IMG/VR virus record: IMGVR_UViG_3300042429_000698
Coordinates: 1 to 35,708 of that record
From: a virus
Lineage: Duplodnaviria > Caudoviricetes
DNA length: 35,708 nt
Strand: one strand, 5' to 3'
The notes beneath the pieces are model-generated. The model saw only the letters and a program-made list of their open reading frames with translations, ran no database searches and was not told the origin of the DNA. Numbering within the stretch: position 1 is the stretch's first letter; every line of letters begins with the position of its first letter. A program made the translations under genes and the position numbers. Positions 8,700-19,415 of the stretch are shown here, in pieces.

Positions 8700-11600
8700 T
8701 TAAGAACAACCTCCATAATTAATTGTCATCGCACCATTAGAAGCGACCCCATACCTAAAACCACTATCTGTATGGTAGAAATACAAGGAATAATTATTCC
8801 AGTCATCAATATTGTTTTGACAATTAGATAAAGTACGGTAGAATTTACCTCCAGCATCAAGAGAACCAAGTGTTATTGTCCCTTTATAATAAAAAGTACT
8901 TGTTGTACCCGTACATGCACAAACAAGCGCACCTAAACCACAACCTATAATTGCATTACAAGTCGAACCTATTGGTGTTTGTGATGGTGTTGGTGTAACG
9001 GTATTTGTTGGAGTAACGGTATTTGTTGGCGTATTAGTTGGAGTGTTTGTTGCTGTTTTAGTTGGAGTATTTGATGTTGTTGGTGTATTTGTTGGTGTAT
9101 TTGTAGGTGTATTTGATGCTGTTGGTGTAATTGTATTTGTTGGTGTATTTGTATTTGAGGGAGTATTTGTTGGTGTTGTTGTTTGTGTTGGTGTTATAGT
9201 TGGTGTTGGTGTTGGTGAAAGGCATATTGTATTACCTGTTATAGTACCTAAAGAATTAAACCCATAACAAATACCATCTTTACCAAAAATTCTTTCCCCT
9301 CCCCAAGTTGAGGCATCACTAGTTTCACAAGAATTTTGGAATTTATAATATGTAGAACCATTTGCACCATTAAACGTTGAATATCTTCCCCATATAAATG
9401 CATTTGGTGTGTTACAAACTGTTGAACAATCATTTAACTCACTAATATCTCTGCGAACTGAAAAAAGTTTACATAATGGTAATGTAGGTGTGACTGTTGC
9501 TGTTGGTGTTGCTGTATTAGTTGGTGTTATTGATGGTGTAGGCTGAACAACACAACTAACACTTTGTGATATTTGTATAATACCATTACTACACATAAAT
9601 GAATAAGAACTTAATGTATCTGAAATTGATTTTGCATTATAATAAATAGAACCAGTTAAATAATCACATGATGAAGGTGATGTTTCAACATTTGATATAT
9701 TTTGTTTACACATTGTTTCACCATATGAAGGGACACTAATATTGAAATAAATATTATCATTTGTAGTTAATGGAGTTCCAGATGGGACTCTAACATAACC
9801 TGTAAATGTATTACCAGTTATTGGACAATTATTATTATAAGTTAGATTTGAGGCTGTAAATGTCCTAGCATAACAAAAAACTGTTGTTGGTGTGACTGTT
9901 TGTGTTGAGGTAACTGTTTTTGTTGGCGTTATTGAAGGTGTGTTAGATGGTGTTGATGTTGGTGTAATTGAAGGTGTGTTAGATGGTGTGTTAGATGGTG
10001 TTGATGTTGGTGTAATTGTTGGTAGTGGTGTGACACCAGTACATGGAATTGCAGCATATGACCCTTGAAGGGGTAAATAATGCCTCCAAGGTGTAGGACT
10101 TGAAAAGTCAGTAAAAAAGCTAATAAATGTATAACAAATTCCATTTAATATTGCTTTAAATGGTTCATTTGTGAACCCACTTGTACCAAAAGAATCAACA
10201 CCACTTGGTCCATTACTTAAACAAGCTGAATTAGTTTCATAAATTTCTATATTATTAAGTGTACCACTTAAATTTGCAAATGCACTATAAATTGTAAATG
10301 TTGTTGGTGATCCACCATTACAAGCATCTGTACAACCTGTCCAAGATGTATAATAATTACCAGTATTTGCTTTGCTAAATGTATGGGCATAACAAAATGG
10401 TGTTACTGTTGGTGTTATAGTATTTGTTGGTGTGTTTGTTGGTGTTATAGTATTTGTTGGTGTATTTGTTAGTGTTATAGTATTTGTTGGTGTGTTTGTT
10501 GGTGTTATAGTTATTGTTGGTGTTATAGTTCTTGTTGGTGTTATTGTGTTTGTTGGAGTATTTGTTGGGGTATTTGTTGAAGTAATTGTTGGTGTTGGTG
10601 TTGGCAAAATAGTTGGGCAAGATAACACCATTTCAAAAACCCCTCCAATTTCTTGACTGACTACTTGAACATTAACAACTGTTGGGTAATTTAATGTCTT
10701 TGTGAATCCAGAGGAAACATAACCATTAAAAGTATTTGAACTAATAACAGTTGATGAATTCCAAACCACATTAAAACTTGCATTAGTATTTGTAACAATA
10801 TCTATAACAATAGGACCAGTATTAACACCAACATCAAATGTGTAATTATAATTTGCTTTTTGACCAATATTATTTACAATATTTGTATCACAATTTGCAG
10901 TAAAACTATAATTACCATAACTTGTTGGTGTTTGTGTATTCGTTGGTGTTTGCGTGTTAGTTGGTGTTTGGGTGTTAGTTGGTGTATTTGTTGGTGTTGG
11001 TGTATTTGTTGGTGTTGGTGTATTTGTTGGCGTAGATGTATTAGTTGGTGTAGATGTATTAGTTGGTGTAATAGTGCTAGTTGGCGTATTTGTTGGTGTT
11101 TCACTATTGGTTGGGGTAATTGTGTTAGTAGGCGTATTAGTAGGTGTAACCGTATTTGTTGGTGTATTTGTTGGTGTCTCAGTAGGTGTAGGAGTATTTG
11201 TCGGTGTTTCAGTAGGTGTAGGTGTGTTTGTTGGTGTCTCGGTATTTGTCGGAGTAATCGTATTTGTCGGAGTAATCGTATTTGTCGGAGTAATGGTATT
11301 AGTTGGTGTATTTGTCGGTGTTGATGTGTTAGTTGGTGTTGTCGTATTAGTTGGTGTTTGAGTATTTGTAGGTGTATTTGTGCTTGTAGGTGTAGGTGTG
11401 TTTGTTTTTGTAGGAGTATTTGTTGGCGTAACCGTATTTGTTGGTGTATTTGTATTTGTTGGTGTGTTCGTATTTGTAGGCGTTGGCGTCTTTGTTGGAG
11501 TTGCAGTATTTGTTGGTGTTGGTGTTGGTGTAACACATAAAGTTTTACCTGTTATAACCCCAAGCGAATTTGTGGCATAGCAGTAATCATCTTTACTAAA

Positions 11601-12800
11601 GTTCTTTGCTTCTACCCAATTACTATCATTATTATTCAAACATGATTCAAAATCAATATAATATTTTTGGCCAATTTCACCGTTAAATAAATTTGTTTTT
11701 CCGCATATTTCGGTATTTGATGGTAATCCACAAACACCATAACAAGATAATGTAGCTGGGCTTGATGAATCTAAATAGACATCAAAACAATTGCAATTAT
11801 TTATATCTGGAATTAATGAATTACCTCTAAAATATAACTTATTATTATTATTCATTAATCTAAAATTCGTATTGCTAAATGTTGTATAAACATGATAATA
11901 ATCTTGTGGAATTGTAAGTCCACTATATATTACAGTTAAGCCAGCATATAATAAATTTGTGGCTACTGGTACTAATGCAGCAGGATCACTATATTCATTA
12001 ACACCAATATTACTAACAAGATTATTGTTTGTATTTAATTTAGGTATAACCCAAGTGTACCAAGAATATCCAGTTGTTAAATATGCTGGCACTTCATGTG
12101 TCTTAAACAAATATGCTTGAATTAAATTACCATAATCATCAAATCCACCACTAGTTTGTGATATTTTTGCTGTTCTAACTTGTGGAGCATTTACCCCCCA
12201 ACCAGAAAATGATATATATCTATTAAGTTGACTACTAAATGTATCACCGCTTGTTGATGGTCCAATACCATTTGAAAATCCCCTAAATAAACTACCTCCA
12301 GATGACATCCAAGAATTAAATTCCAAATTCAAACTGACTGGCTCAATAAATAAATAAGCATCATATTCTTCTGGTGATGTTGGAGTAACTGTTGGCGTTA
12401 TGGTCGGTGTTGAAGTGTTTGTCTTTGTTGGAGTTAAAGTTGGTGTTTGTGTATTAGTTGATGTTATTGATGGCGTTGGCGTCTTTGTTGGCGTCTTTGT
12501 TGGTGTCTTTGTTATAGTTGGTGTTATGCTTATAGTTGGTGTTATAGTTGGTGTTGGAGTTGGAGTTGTACATAATATTTCAACTGTTACACCAAATAAA
12601 AATTCATCTCTTGTTATATTAGTATATATTGGCACACTATTAATTGTATCCAAATATACATCAAATGGACCTTTTGAATGTGATGATGAATTTAATTGTA
12701 AGAAATACCTTGAACAAGAAGTAACACCTGTTATGATGTTCTCAATGCTATTTTCGCATATTGGATCAGTATTTATTACAATTAATTTATATGTTGCCAT
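8700..12800 (-). CDS. Mucin-like Thr/Pro-repeat multidomain structural protein (putative fibre or adhesin) with Cys-bounded modules
   Basis: 1366-aa ORF. Six TPTNT-type tracts alternate with ~85-120-aa Cys-rich domains, two of which are clearly homologous (FNG..G..YY..F.SC..W...F.KD..CY..NSLG.ITG.T.C). Confidence 0.8.
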   Translation of the reverse strand: MATYKLIVINTDPICENSIENIITGVTSCSRYFLQLNSSSHSKGPFDVYLDTINSVPIYTNITRDEFLFGVTVEILCTTPTPTPTITPTISITPTITKTPTKTPTKTPTPSITSTNTQTPTLTPTKTNTSTPTITPTVTPTSPEEYDAYLFIEPVSLNLEFNSWMSSGGSLFRGFSNGIGPSTSGDTFSSQLNRYISFSGWGVNAPQVRTAKISQTSGGFDDYGNLIQAYLFKTHEVPAYLTTGYSWYTWVIPKLNTNNNLVSNIGVNEYSDPAALVPVATNLLYAGLTVIYSGLTIPQDYYHVYTTFSNTNFRLMNNNNKLYFRGNSLIPDINNCNCFDVYLDSSSPATLSCYGVCGLPSNTEICGKTNLFNGEIGQKYYIDFESCLNNNDSNWVEAKNFSKDDYCYATNSLGVITGKTLCVTPTPTPTNTATPTKTPTPTNTNTPTNTNTPTNTVTPTNTPTKTNTPTPTSTNTPTNTQTPTNTTTPTNTSTPTNTPTNTITPTNTITPTNTITPTNTETPTNTPTPTETPTNTPTPTETPTNTPTNTVTPTNTPTNTITPTNSETPTNTPTSTITPTNTSTPTNTSTPTNTPTPTNTPTPTNTPTNTQTPTNTQTPTNTQTPTSYGNYSFTANCDTNIVNNIGQKANYNYTFDVGVNTGPIVIDIVTNTNASFNVVWNSSTVISSNTFNGYVSSGFTKTLNYPTVVNVQVVSQEIGGVFEMVLSCPTILPTPTPTITSTNTPTNTPTNTITPTRTITPTITITPTNTPTNTITLTNTPTNTITPTNTPTNTITPTVTPFCYAHTFSKANTGNYYTSWTGCTDACNGGSPTTFTIYSAFANLSGTLNNIEIYETNSACLSNGPSGVDSFGTSGFTNEPFKAILNGICYTFISFFTDFSSPTPWRHYLPLQGSYAAIPCTGVTPLPTITPTSTPSNTPSNTPSITPTSTPSNTPSITPTKTVTSTQTVTPTTVFCYARTFTASNLTYNNNCPITGNTFTGYVRVPSGTPLTTNDNIYFNISVPSYGETMCKQNISNVETSPSSCDYLTGSIYYNAKSISDTLSSYSFMCSNGIIQISQSVSCVVQPTPSITPTNTATPTATVTPTLPLCKLFSVRRDISELNDCSTVCNTPNAFIWGRYSTFNGANGSTYYKFQNSCETSDASTWGGERIFGKDGICYGFNSLGTITGNTICLSPTPTPTITPTQTTTPTNTPSNTNTPTNTITPTASNTPTNTPTNTPTTSNTPTKTATNTPTNTPTNTVTPTNTVTPTPSQTPIGSTCNAIIGCGLGALVCACTGTTSTFYYKGTITLGSLDAGGKFYRTLSNCQNNIDDWNNYSLYFYHTDSGFRYGVASNGAMTINYGGCS
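8972..12570 (-). repeat. Thr-Pro-Thr-Asn low-complexity coding tracts (longest about 10920-11532, ~200 codons)
   Basis: gttggtgt/gtattt-rich blocks at about 12375-12570, 10920-11532, 10395-10605, 9885-10030, 9480-9545 and 8972-9220. Confidence 0.9.
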
Positions 12801-13352
12801 TTAACAATTTATTATTTTGAAAAAACTACAAGAATCCACATCTTTTATGGTAACAATAACTTGATTTGACCCAGAAAATCTATTAGGTACATCAATACTC
12901 ACGGGTAATATTCCTGTATTCGTTATTGTTGCAACATAAGTTTCATAATTCCCATTTATGTCTGATACATAAATACCAAATGGTGGCGTTCCTGTTATAC
13001 TTGTTAAAGTTATTTTATTATTTGATGTTGCAATTGGAATATATCCAGGTGTTGAAGATGGAGTTGGTGTTGGAGTTGGTGTTATTGATGTTATATTTGT
13101 TATACTATAAACAATATCGCAATCTATATAACAATTTAATTTCTTTGTTGTTCTGCACCCCTCACTATCTTGAATAATAATGGTAACTTGTGGAGATGAA
13201 TTAAATATAATAGGTAAACTATATGTTATATTACCAACCAAAGGCAATGATGTTACTTGACCCAGATAGGTCTCATTACCCCCAAATGCATCAGATACAT
13301 ATATATTTAAAGGCGTTGTTCCACTTATACTACTAATGATGATGTTTGTCAT
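12801..13352 (-). CDS. Small structural protein made of two homologous ~72-aa beta domains joined by a TP linker
   Basis: ISSISGTTPLNIYVSDAFGGNETY..QVTIIIQDSEGCRTTKKLNC versus LTSITGTPPFGIYVSDINGNYETY..QVIVTIKDVDSCSFFKIINC. Abuts or overlaps both neighbours. Confidence 0.8.
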   Translation of the reverse strand: MTNIIISSISGTTPLNIYVSDAFGGNETYLGQVTSLPLVGNITYSLPIIFNSSPQVTIIIQDSEGCRTTKKLNCYIDCDIVYSITNITSITPTPTPTPSSTPGYIPIATSNNKITLTSITGTPPFGIYVSDINGNYETYVATITNTGILPVSIDVPNRFSGSNQVIVTIKDVDSCSFFKIINC

Positions 13353-15508
13353 ACGGAACAGCTAATATTATATATTATTTTTAAGTTTATGGTTAAAACT
13401 TGCGATGTTATGCTATTATTAGGTTCGGCAATTATATTTAATTTATTCGTAACCAAATCATATGAAACACTATCAATACCAGATATTGCCTCAACCAATG
13501 TTTTTATTGCATCAACATAAACTGAATCTGTCGGAACATCTGTTCTAGTATAACCAGTAAAAAATGAATTACTATTTGTTAAACCACTTGGCTGCAATGT
13601 ATATTCTACCTTAAATATTGCAGAATTTAATGAACATTTAGGATCCAGTATTGTGGTTGATCCACTAAATTCAGCATTAACTAAATCAGAGAACCCCTCA
13701 TTTAGGAAATCCAATAATCCGAAATTATTTAAAGGTTGTAATACAAATGTCTGTGAATTAACTATATATGTTTGGTATGACGTGGTAACTGTAAAGCAAT
13801 TTATTGCTGTTTCTCTTGTTAATGTACAACCATTGGAATCCGCTATCGTTAAACTATAATTACCACTAGTTAATCCACTTGCTATTATTGATTGCGGATT
13901 ACCACTCACATTACTTGACCAGTTAAATGTAAAAGGGGGAATCCCTTTTGTTATCAATGCCGTAATTACAGCGTCATTACCGTTCACACAAGATGTTGGG
14001 TATAATGAAAAATCAACACCATTGCTCGATGTTACTTGAATATTCTTTGTTTGCTCGCAGCCTGTTGAATCAATAACCCTTAAAAGATATTGACCCTCTG
14101 TTAAGTTTTGGAATGTTACCCCAGTTAAATTTGTATCAATAATTGATGTTGTATCCAAATAGTAATCAAAGGGTGGTGTAGCGCCTGTGCTAACGTAAGC
14201 AAATAAACTGCCGTTATTTGATGCACAAGTTGTCCCACTTAATGAATGATTTAATGTGAATTTATTCTCTGCAATTATTATAATTTCACTATCATAATAA
14301 CATCCAGCAGAATCCTCCATATATGCCGTATACGTACCACTACTTAAATTCTCAAAAATATAATTTGTTGATGTTGTGGTAATAATTGTTGTATCACCAC
14401 TTGATTTTATCAAACCATAATTATATGGTCCCGTTCCACCAACAACGCTAATATTTATTAAACCATCTGATGCCGAACAAGTTGAGTTAGTCCCATCTAT
14501 TGAAACTGATGTAACCCCATTATCATTATTTAATGATGCGGTAAAATCTAATGTACATAACCCAGCATCAATAACTGAAATATCATAATTACCAGAAGTC
14601 AATCCAGTCATTACAAAATTTCTATCATAAGTTATATCATAATACCCAGTATTGGCTGAATAATAGAAGGGGGCTGTGCCACCACTTATGGTAATATCTA
14701 ATTTACCAGTTGCGGTAAAACAAGTTGGTTGCGTTAAAATAATTTGTACAACACCTAATGAAGCGGTATCAGTCACTTCAATATTTTTAATTTTTGAATT
14801 ACCTTGTCCATCTGTAACTTGTACAGAATATACTCCAGCAGTTAAACCAGTTAATGTACTGCCTGTTGTATTGTCAACCCAAAGATAAGAATATGGTCCA
14901 GGATTTGTTTGACCCGTTACAAATATTTTACCTGTTGGTGTTGAATAACAAGATGAATTATTAATAACATATAAACCAAAATCAAAAGCATTTGATGTAT
15001 TAATAATAAAACTTTCTGTTTTTGCCGTACAACCACCAAAATCATTAGCCGTTAAATAATATGTTCCAGCACTCAAACTTCCAAATTCAACTAAATCTGA
15101 ATTATTTGTTTGATTATATACTAAATTACCATTAGTAGAATAAAGATTATATTCAACAGCAGAAAATTCAGATGTTGTTGATACTGAAACTGAACCATTA
15201 TTTTCCGCATTATTTGTATTAACTGTAGATTGAATTGACGCACAACAACCGCTAGAAACTGGTATATTTATATAAAATTCTAAATTCTGGTCTAATGTCG
15301 AATCATTAACCCTAACACCATATGTTGCACCAGATAACCCGGTTTTATATATCGGAAATACTTCAGTTGTTATACTTACCCCCAAAGGTGGGTCAACCCA
15401 CTCAATTGTATATGGTGCAGTTCCACCAGTTAATGATAAAGATATAGCACCAACATTTATGTTTGAACAATCCCCAGTTACGCTTAAAAAATAATCAAAT
15501 GCTGCCAT
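13349..15508 (-). CDS. SprB-repeat-containing structural protein
   Basis: About 7 repeats of the type C...G.I.(L/I)..(S/T)GGT.PY.Y.W....LTGL.AG.Y.V.V.D..GC, e.g. GPYSYLWVDNTTGSTLTGLTAGVYSVQVTDGQG and SGLTSGNYSLTIADSNGC. Confidence 0.8.
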   Translation of the reverse strand: MAAFDYFLSVTGDCSNINVGAISLSLTGGTAPYTIEWVDPPLGVSITTEVFPIYKTGLSGATYGVRVNDSTLDQNLEFYINIPVSSGCCASIQSTVNTNNAENNGSVSVSTTSEFSAVEYNLYSTNGNLVYNQTNNSDLVEFGSLSAGTYYLTANDFGGCTAKTESFIINTSNAFDFGLYVINNSSCYSTPTGKIFVTGQTNPGPYSYLWVDNTTGSTLTGLTAGVYSVQVTDGQGNSKIKNIEVTDTASLGVVQIILTQPTCFTATGKLDITISGGTAPFYYSANTGYYDITYDRNFVMTGLTSGNYDISVIDAGLCTLDFTASLNNDNGVTSVSIDGTNSTCSASDGLINISVVGGTGPYNYGLIKSSGDTTIITTTSTNYIFENLSSGTYTAYMEDSAGCYYDSEIIIIAENKFTLNHSLSGTTCASNNGSLFAYVSTGATPPFDYYLDTTSIIDTNLTGVTFQNLTEGQYLLRVIDSTGCEQTKNIQVTSSNGVDFSLYPTSCVNGNDAVITALITKGIPPFTFNWSSNVSGNPQSIIASGLTSGNYSLTIADSNGCTLTRETAINCFTVTTSYQTYIVNSQTFVLQPLNNFGLLDFLNEGFSDLVNAEFSGSTTILDPKCSLNSAIFKVEYTLQPSGLTNSNSFFTGYTRTDVPTDSVYVDAIKTLVEAISGIDSVSYDLVTNKLNIIAEPNNSITSQVLTINLKIIYNISCSV

Positions 15509-15512
15509 TTTT

Positions 15513-18488
15513 TTAACAAATTATATTTACATCAACCCCAACATTTATAGTTAATAACTTATTTGATGCAATATCATCAACACAATCCAAATCAATAAAA
15601 TTAACCACACCATCTGATGGGTTATTATAATTTATATCATAATACTCCAAATTAGATAAAGCACTAATTAACGCATTACCCCATTGCGCATTTGTTGGTA
15701 CATCATTATTCCCAATACCATCATAAAACTTAATTTTTGAAACAATTTTTGAATTTAAAATTATTTCACTATACCAAGTAGTCAATACATTACTACCATC
15801 ACAAGATAAATTATATTCAGTTAATGCACCATTGATTACATTACCCAAAATAACACTAAATGAATCAGTTGGGGTAGCAATCATAGTAATCCCATTCTTT
15901 ATACATATATCTGAAAATATTGGTGAAGTAATGTAATCATCCCCACTCGTTATTGCAGTTAAAGAACTTATACTATAATTAGTTGTATCACTTAATGCTT
16001 TAGGCTTTGTGCCAAAAACATTTTGCATAAGTCGCTTATAAACATATTTTTGTTTGTGGAATATAGAATTCTCAAACTTAATACCCCCCATCCAAAGTGT
16101 TGTGGCTGGTATCATTTGTTCAACCATTTTAATCCAATAAGGATTAATCCCTTCAACAAACTTAATTAAATTCTCATATGTATATTTATTTGTTGGTATT
16201 CCAACCGCATATGGTGCTTCAATGTATTTCCAAAATATTGATTGTAATGTAGGGTAACCCCCTGTCTTACCATCAGTTATGTACATCCTATTACGAACAT
16301 TAATCATATTCTTCGTAAATGTTGATGCAAATTCAAAAAACGATTTTGATTTTGGTTGTGGATTTATAATTGTTGAATCAGTACCCCCAGTTGTCGGATA
16401 CGGGAACGTTAAGCCACTTTGTGGTATGGGGTAATCATAATCCTTAGATTGAACCCAAACGTCATACAGAAGCCCTTGTGCAGGATTTAAGAATAAACTA
16501 ATATTCTTCACATTTAATAATAATCTTTCATCGTTTACAAAATAATAAGCATTATAATTACCATCAACCGATACTCTCATCAATGTATTATCTCTTGACC
16601 AAGATTTTTTGTTATCAACATATTTGGATAATGTAAAACCTTCATCAATGTAGGGGAATTTCCTAAATATATCCAAATACTTATTACCATAAGTGAATGG
16701 TTGAAATTCAGTACCATATTCAGCACTCGCCCCTGTCCCAACTTTTGTTGTTATTTCTAAACTCTTATGTTTTGACGTTAATTGATACCAACCAGCACCC
16801 ATCTGGAAAAATAGTTGACTACTTTTCTTTGGTTGTGGATAGCCTGTTTCTCTATCCAATGGATAATTTTCAGTATTGAAATTTACATTTATTAAACTTG
16901 TATTTTCAGTTACGGAAGAATACGTTATACCATTAAATTTATAAGTACTAACTGTTGTAATTGGGTCAATATCAATATATGTCCCAGTTTGTAATTTTGT
17001 TAATTCTGTATTAAATTTTATTAAATTTATTTTCTGGTCAGCCAAATATATATGCTCGTTAAATTCAATTAATGCCTCTGGCGCACCAAATAATCTAAGA
17101 ATAAATTCAATTGACCTTCTAGTTCCTTTTGACTTAAATAAATAAAAAGAATTAATAACCAAATTCCTATAAAAAGAATAATTTAATTCCAAAGGTGTTT
17201 GCGAACGGTTATATGCTGGATATTTGAAATCGCTATTATTTCCAAAAATGGATTCCATTAATGTCTGATCCGTTAAGAATTGGAAATTCTCCTCCCACCC
17301 CAATGTTTGCCCCAAATTTAATAATAATTGAGATGGGATATCATTCTTTGGTGTGTAATTAACCGAATTCATATGTGCCAAAGAATCAATGAACTTTTTA
17401 ACCTCATCAAAACTTCTTCCATATATTTGCAACATGCTTTCAATTCTCCTATCAAATGTATCAAACTCTTTTAACGAATCTGAAACAAAAAATCTGGATA
17501 TTAAATTTGTTCTTGCATTATCAAAATATGTCGCAATATCTTGAACATCATTTAAATATTTTGTAAATTGTTCCGATAATATATCAATATTCCAAATTCC
17601 ATCTAATGGAAATGATAAATTTGTATTAACCAAAGTGAATTGCCCATTATCATTTTCTTGAGGAACTTGTAATGTCATTGTGTAAATAGGTGATGATAAT
17701 GTATTTAAAATATATTGCTCTAATTCATCAAAATTGCTTTTTAAAATTAAATTATATAAGAAATTACTAGGTCTAATTATAAATGAATCTACACTAAATG
17801 AGCTTGACGTGCCAAATGGTGAACCAGAAACTGTTATATTTAAAATCCCCTCATTTAAACTATCACTTGCATTTAAAATAACTAAAGGATATGAAACACC
17901 ACTTATAGATAAAATATAATCAGCATAATATTGCGTCAAATTTCTATATTCAGATACCTTAATCTCTTTTGTCATTAAATTAGTATCAGAATTAACACTA
18001 AAATCAACCCCAAGTGGATTATGTATTTTAGATACATCAATGTCAAAAGTTGTATCATCCGTTATCGAATCATAAACAATATTTGTTGCTGTATACCCTG
18101 TGATTAAATCATTGTCATAGAAATTAACATCAATAGATGCTGGGAAATTATTTATAATTTTAGTTATTGATACAGATAATCTTTTAGATAATGAACCATA
18201 CATAACAAAACTCATTACTTGAGTTATATCATAATTGGGATAAACATCAAACTCCTTGGATAATACCGTTCTGACATCCCCAATATCACTAATACCCAAA
18301 CTCTCCAAGTTAATGCCCGCATCAAAAACATTTGTATAAAATTTACGAGGAATTCTTTCACTTATATAGGGGGTAAATTCAAAAGTACTAGAAGTTAAAC
18401 CCCCACCAGTAACAAGCTGATATCCAACTAAATTATCAAATACACCACCACCACTACCAGGGCTATTTTTAATGTAAATTTTTGGCAT
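15513..18488 (-). CDS. Putative baseplate wedge protein (T4 gp7 / P2 gpI-like core) with extensions
   Basis: Motif IPSQLLLNLGQTLGW...FYRNLVINSFYLFKSKGTRRSIEFILRLFG...EFNE is typical of the gpI/gp7 helical core. Lies in the baseplate cluster. Confidence 0.7.
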   Translation of the reverse strand: MPKIYIKNSPGSGGGVFDNLVGYQLVTGGGLTSSTFEFTPYISERIPRKFYTNVFDAGINLESLGISDIGDVRTVLSKEFDVYPNYDITQVMSFVMYGSLSKRLSVSITKIINNFPASIDVNFYDNDLITGYTATNIVYDSITDDTTFDIDVSKIHNPLGVDFSVNSDTNLMTKEIKVSEYRNLTQYYADYILSISGVSYPLVILNASDSLNEGILNITVSGSPFGTSSSFSVDSFIIRPSNFLYNLILKSNFDELEQYILNTLSSPIYTMTLQVPQENDNGQFTLVNTNLSFPLDGIWNIDILSEQFTKYLNDVQDIATYFDNARTNLISRFFVSDSLKEFDTFDRRIESMLQIYGRSFDEVKKFIDSLAHMNSVNYTPKNDIPSQLLLNLGQTLGWEENFQFLTDQTLMESIFGNNSDFKYPAYNRSQTPLELNYSFYRNLVINSFYLFKSKGTRRSIEFILRLFGAPEALIEFNEHIYLADQKINLIKFNTELTKLQTGTYIDIDPITTVSTYKFNGITYSSVTENTSLINVNFNTENYPLDRETGYPQPKKSSQLFFQMGAGWYQLTSKHKSLEITTKVGTGASAEYGTEFQPFTYGNKYLDIFRKFPYIDEGFTLSKYVDNKKSWSRDNTLMRVSVDGNYNAYYFVNDERLLLNVKNISLFLNPAQGLLYDVWVQSKDYDYPIPQSGLTFPYPTTGGTDSTIINPQPKSKSFFEFASTFTKNMINVRNRMYITDGKTGGYPTLQSIFWKYIEAPYAVGIPTNKYTYENLIKFVEGINPYWIKMVEQMIPATTLWMGGIKFENSIFHKQKYVYKRLMQNVFGTKPKALSDTTNYSISSLTAITSGDDYITSPIFSDICIKNGITMIATPTDSFSVILGNVINGALTEYNLSCDGSNVLTTWYSEIILNSKIVSKIKFYDGIGNNDVPTNAQWGNALISALSNLEYYDINYNNPSDGVVNFIDLDCVDDIASNKLLTINVGVDVNIIC

Positions 18489-19381
18489 TATTCTATTATA
18501 TTATCAAAGTTTTTGCTTATATCAATATCATCATTTCTATCCTCCCTAACCTCATACAATAATTCATTAAATTGATTTCTAACCTCAAATAAATTATATT
18601 GTCTGTATATATTATTAGATGGATCGTATAAGGTATAAACCCCATCCTCAACAGATTTAGTCTGATTACCAAATATTCCAATTGCTAATGTGGAGATGTC
18701 ATGTTCAGCAATCTCAATCTCCAAAGTTGTTGGGTTGAAATAAGTATTACTTATAATAATGCTTTGATTCGGCTGTCCAATAAATGGAGTTGCATTTGTC
18801 TTATTAGAAGGAGAACTACTCGGACTCAAAGTTAGAAAAACCAAGTTTGTATTATTATCAACATAACGATAACGAATTGATTTTTGACTAGTATTAACCT
18901 CATTTGTAACAATCGGCTCACAAAAAAATGATGATGTGATTATTCTAAAAAAATTAGGAACTTTTTGGCTATTATTTAAGTATTCCACACGATATCCAAC
19001 CAATTCTTGGGGTACTTCAAATTTATTCCTAAAATCATCTGGAACGTCATCTAAATTAACCACAATACCTTTAACATTTGGTAACGCACTTAAAACACCA
19101 CAATCATTTATTTTTGTTCTTATTTGCGCTGGTCTTAAATATAATGTATAATAACCAAGTGAGATAAATTCTGACGCTGGTAATGTTAAATTATATAATC
19201 CACCTAAAATTTCAGTAGGATATTCACTATCAAAATAAGGTTTTAATATGGTTGTTGCATCCAATCTTTTTTGAGAAATCAAATCAGTCTGATCCCTAGT
19301 TGGCGCATATACCATAACTATCTCCACATCTTCTGGACTAACATCACTAGGTCTAACTGTTCCATATGTACCAATTGCCAT
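18488..19381 (-). CDS. Hypothetical virion structural protein
   Basis: 297-aa ORF, TAATG overlap with the next gene, preceded by the TATTTATA motif. Confidence 0.75.
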   Translation of the reverse strand: MAIGTYGTVRPSDVSPEDVEIVMVYAPTRDQTDLISQKRLDATTILKPYFDSEYPTEILGGLYNLTLPASEFISLGYYTLYLRPAQIRTKINDCGVLSALPNVKGIVVNLDDVPDDFRNKFEVPQELVGYRVEYLNNSQKVPNFFRIITSSFFCEPIVTNEVNTSQKSIRYRYVDNNTNLVFLTLSPSSSPSNKTNATPFIGQPNQSIIISNTYFNPTTLEIEIAEHDISTLAIGIFGNQTKSVEDGVYTLYDPSNNIYRQYNLFEVRNQFNELLYEVREDRNDDIDISKNFDNIIE

Positions 19382-19397
19382 AATATCGTATTTTTAT

Positions 19398-19405
19398 TAT
19401 AAATA
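19398..19405 (-). promoter_or_regulatory. TATTTATA putative late-promoter motif
   Basis: 16 nt upstream of ATG 19381. The context taaacTATTTATA is identical to the copy at 3333. Confidence 0.65.
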
Positions 19406-19415
19406 GTTTATTTCT

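Noticed and set aside
5493-12804. Val/Gly-rich, Gln/His-rich and Cys/Trp-rich ORFs (e.g. 10954-11361, 10874-11536, 10860-11324, 6999-7484)
   Set aside because: Alternative-frame readings of the Thr/Pro and Gly-X-Ser tracts.
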